Positions 42,532 to 45,196 of a DNA stretch of 45,196 nucleotides are shown here, piece after piece (within the stretch, counting starts at the first letter, position 1; every line of letters begins with the position of its first letter). This stretch comes from Candidatus Enterenecus sp. (GTDB taxonomy: Bacteria > Bacillota > Clostridia > Oscillospirales > Oscillospiraceae): the NCBI GenBank assembly GCA_045589915.1, contig JAZNQA010000116.1:1-45196 (forward strand), in the 5' to 3' direction. Position numbers and translations under genes: made by a program. The notes below the pieces were generated by a model that saw nothing but the letters and a program-made list of their open reading frames with translations, had not been told where the DNA came from and made no database searches.

Positions 42532-43230
42532 GGGGCGCCCCTCATCAGTCTCGCTGCGCTCGACAGCTTCCCCGAAGGGGAAGCCTAAAAGCCTTCCCTT
42601 GGGGAAGGTGGCACGGCGAAGCCGTGGCGGATGTGGGACAAAACGGGCCGCCCAGTGTGCGGCCCCTACAGGGGATTTCGGTGGTCTGTCGTAGGGGTCG
42701 GCGTCCTCGACGACCCATTTCGGGCGGGTCTGGGACCCGCCCCTACGGCAAGCCATAGTGTGTGTGTAGGGCCCGATGCCCCCATCGGGCCGATCAGGTG
42801 CGCCCCGACAAAAAGCGCCCGGAGTGATCTCCGGACGCTTTATTTTATGCTTCGGTTTCTTCCTCCACCGCAGAGCACATGATGTTGAGCTCCTCCAATT
42901 GCTTGGGTTCTACGAAGCTGGGTGCGCTCTCGTCGCCGCAAGCTGCATATCCCTCGTCCCGCCGCCAGCGGCAGGACTCGCTCATTTCGCTGCGGCTCCT
43001 CTCCCCAACGCAGCCGCTGGCGCTGGGCTTCGGCGGGGATCCCATTTTGCAACGCTGCAAAGGCCGCCCAGTGTGCGGCCCCTACAGGGGATTTCGGTGG
43101 TCTGTCGTAGGGGTCGGCGTCCTCGACGACCCATTTCGGGCGGGTCTGGGACCCGCCCCTACGGCAAGCCATAGTGTCTGTGTGTAGGGCCCGATGCCCT
43201 CATCGGGCCGATCAGGTGCGCCCCGACAAA
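42528..43230. repeat. Mosaic cluster with a ~285-bp direct duplication and a family-D element (42930-43048)
   Basis: 42646-42928 recurs at 43062-43347. Confidence 0.88.
42845..42928 (-). pseudogene. Orphan diverged copy of the last 27 codons of aspS
   Basis: SAPSFVEPKQLEELNIMCSAVEEETEA* versus the intact SAPSFVEQKQLDELNIACTAVEEETEA*. Confidence 0.9.
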
Positions 43231-43261
43231 AAGCGCCCGGAGTGATCTCCGGACGCTTTTT
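43228..43261 (-). terminator. Intrinsic (likely bidirectional) terminator after aspS
   Basis: AAAAAGCGCCCGGAG..CTCCGGACGCTTTTT; second copy at 42810-42841. Confidence 0.8.
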
Positions 43262-43262
43262 G

Positions 43263-45050
43263 TTATGCTTCGGTTTCTTCCTCCACTGCAGTACAGGCGA
43301 TGTTCAGCTCGTCAAGCTGCTTCTGCTCCACAAAACTCGGTGCGCTCATCATGACGTCCTGCGCATTCTTGTTCATGGGGAAGGGGATGATCTCACGGAT
43401 GGAGTCCTCACCGGCCAGCAGCATCACCATGCGATCCACGCCGGGGGCGATGCCCGCATGGGGGGGAGCGCCGTAGGTGAAGGCGTTGTACATGGCGGGG
43501 AACTTGGCCTTCACATCCTCCTCGCCCAGCCGGACGAGCTGGAACGCCTCGATCATGATCTCAGGGTCGTGGTTACGCACAGCGCCGGAGGACAGCTCCA
43601 CGCCGTTGCACACCAGATCGTACTGGAAGGCGGTGATGGACAGGGGATCCACCTCGCCGGCGGCAGCCTTCTTCAAAATCTCCAGCCCGCCGTTGGGCAT
43701 GGAGAAGGGATTGTGGCAGAACTCCAGCTCGCCGGATTCCTCGCCCAGCTCGTACATGGGGAAGTCCACGATCCAGCAGAACTCGTAGCGCTCCTTGTCC
43801 ATGTGGTTGGGGCAGAAAGCGCCCAGCTTGGAGCGCAGCACGCCGGCGGTCTTCTGCGCCGCCAGCTTCTTGCCTGCCGTAAGACCCACGAAGCAGCCCT
43901 TTTCCAGACCGAGGGCGGCCACCACCTGCTCCTTGATAGGCTGGACGAACTTGGCGATGCCGCCCACAATCTCGCCGTTCTCATCGTAGCGGAACCAGTA
44001 GGCCTTGTTGCCGGACTGGACTTCCACCTCGTTGCACAGGCCGTCGATCTGCTTGCGGGTGCCCTCGAAGTCAGTGACCACGATGGCCTTGACGGTGTTG
44101 CCCTCGAAGGGGCCGAAACCGCAGCCGCCCAGCAGGTCGGTGGCGTCCTGCACGGTGAGGTCGATGCGCAGGTCGGGCTTGTCGGAGCCGTAGGTCTCCA
44201 TGGCCTCCAGGAAGGGGATGCGCTTGAAGGGAGCCTCGGAGGCGATGTTGTAGGTGCCGTACTTGGCGAAGATGGGGGGGAGCACCCGCTCCAGCACGGC
44301 GAACACGTCGTCCTGAGTGGCGAAGGCCAGCTCCATGTCAAGCTGGTAGAACTCGCCGGGGGAGCGGTCGCCACGGGCGTCCTCATCACGGAAGCAGGGG
44401 GCGATCTGGAAATAGCGGTCGAAGCCGGAGGCCATCAGAAGCTGCTTGAACTGCTGGGGAGCCTGGGGCAGGGCGTAGAACTTGCCGGGGTGCTTGCGGG
44501 AGGGCACCAGGTAGTCACGGGCACCCTCGGGGGAGGAGGCGGTGAGGATGGGGGTGGTGATCTCCATGAAGCCCTCCCCGATCATGGCGGCACGCAGGGC
44601 GGCCACCACGTTGCAGCGCAGGATGATGTTCTTCTTCACCTCAGGGTTGCGCAGGTCGAGGTAGCGGTACTTGAGGCGCTGGGTCTCGTCAGCCTCACGG
44701 CTGCGGTTGATCTGGAAGGGCAGCTCGTTGTGGCGGCAGCGGCCCAGCACCTCGATGGAGGCGGGCACCACCTCGATGTCGCCGGTGGGCAGCTTGGGGT
44801 TCTTGCTGTCACGCTCACGGACAACACCCTCCACCGAGATGGTGGATTCCTTGTTGATGGACTTAAAGGTGTTCACCAGCTCCTCGGTCTCGGCCACCAC
44901 CTGAGTGGTGCCGTAGAAGTCACGAACCACCACGAAGGCAAGGCTGGCGGACACTACACGGACGTTCTCCATCCAGCCGACGATCTTGACCTGCTGCCCC
45001 ACGTGCTCCATGCGCAGGTCATTACAGGTGTGAGTGCGGGATTGAAACAT
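43263..45050 (-). CDS. aspS: Aspartate--tRNA ligase
   Basis: RLKYRYLDLR, PEGARDY, ALPQAPQ, YFQIAPCFRDED and GAPPHAG motifs. Confidence 0.97.
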   Translation of the reverse strand: MFQSRTHTCNDLRMEHVGQQVKIVGWMENVRVVSASLAFVVVRDFYGTTQVVAETEELVNTFKSINKESTISVEGVVRERDSKNPKLPTGDIEVVPASIEVLGRCRHNELPFQINRSREADETQRLKYRYLDLRNPEVKKNIILRCNVVAALRAAMIGEGFMEITTPILTASSPEGARDYLVPSRKHPGKFYALPQAPQQFKQLLMASGFDRYFQIAPCFRDEDARGDRSPGEFYQLDMELAFATQDDVFAVLERVLPPIFAKYGTYNIASEAPFKRIPFLEAMETYGSDKPDLRIDLTVQDATDLLGGCGFGPFEGNTVKAIVVTDFEGTRKQIDGLCNEVEVQSGNKAYWFRYDENGEIVGGIAKFVQPIKEQVVAALGLEKGCFVGLTAGKKLAAQKTAGVLRSKLGAFCPNHMDKERYEFCWIVDFPMYELGEESGELEFCHNPFSMPNGGLEILKKAAAGEVDPLSITAFQYDLVCNGVELSSGAVRNHDPEIMIEAFQLVRLGEEDVKAKFPAMYNAFTYGAPPHAGIAPGVDRMVMLLAGEDSIREIIPFPMNKNAQDVMMSAPSFVEQKQLDELNIACTAVEEETEA

Positions 45051-45089
45051 GGTAAAATCAACTCCAGTTAGTAATATATAGGATGAGAA

Positions 45090-45196
45090 TTACGGATTGT
45101 TTTCGGATTTCATGGGATTTTGCTGGATATAGGCGGCGCACTCCAGCCAGTCGTCCTCGTTGCGGATGACGTGTTCGTAGTAGCTGCGCTGCCAGA
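45090..45196 (-). mobile_element. C-terminus of a REP-associated tyrosine transposase (RAYT/Y1 HUH), truncated by the window edge
   Basis: Minus strand reads WQRSYYEHVIRNEDDWLECAAYIQQNPMKSENNP*, matching the RAYT motifs WQ.....H.IR and YI..NP. Confidence 0.85.

Noticed and set aside
42845-43347. Diversity-generating retroelement TR/VR pair at the aspS tail
   Set aside because: Differences are not adenine-specific and are mostly synonymous; no reverse transcriptase is in the window.

Overview
This is the replication-origin region of a high-GC Bacillota (Clostridia) chromosome; Oscillospiraceae-like is my inference from gene content and codon style. The core is jag-yidC-yidD-rnpA-rpmH <> dnaA-oriC-dnaN-yaaA-recF-remB-gyrB-gyrA. 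Around it lie ileS (5' end, with an Ile T-box), prmA, murT-gatD, mnmG, a DEAD-box helicase, mnmA-miaA-hfq, yggS-sepF-divIVA, yaaO-darA-holB-ricT, rnhA, a YegP-like gene and aspS. The unusual part is intergenic. Roughly 7-8 kb (hand estimate) consists of mosaic clusters of at least five palindromic repeat families: (A) GTAG-type REPs, (B) two-hairpin repeats, (C) 7-mer tandem tracts, (D, E) longer multi-hairpin elements, plus a TIR/TSD-bounded MITE. Several are nested inside one another. Two candidate mobilising enzymes are present. One is the C-terminus of a RAYT-like Y1 transposase at the right edge. The other is a DUF559 endonuclease gene lying inside an inverted pair of family-B repeats that supply its RBS and stop codon; this is the best candidate for an undescribed REP/RAYT-analogous system. 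Repeat elements also sit between duplicated gene termini (miaA 5' end, aspS 3' end). The duplication at 41305-41589 is an assembly artefact containing an MGI/DNBSEQ adapter.
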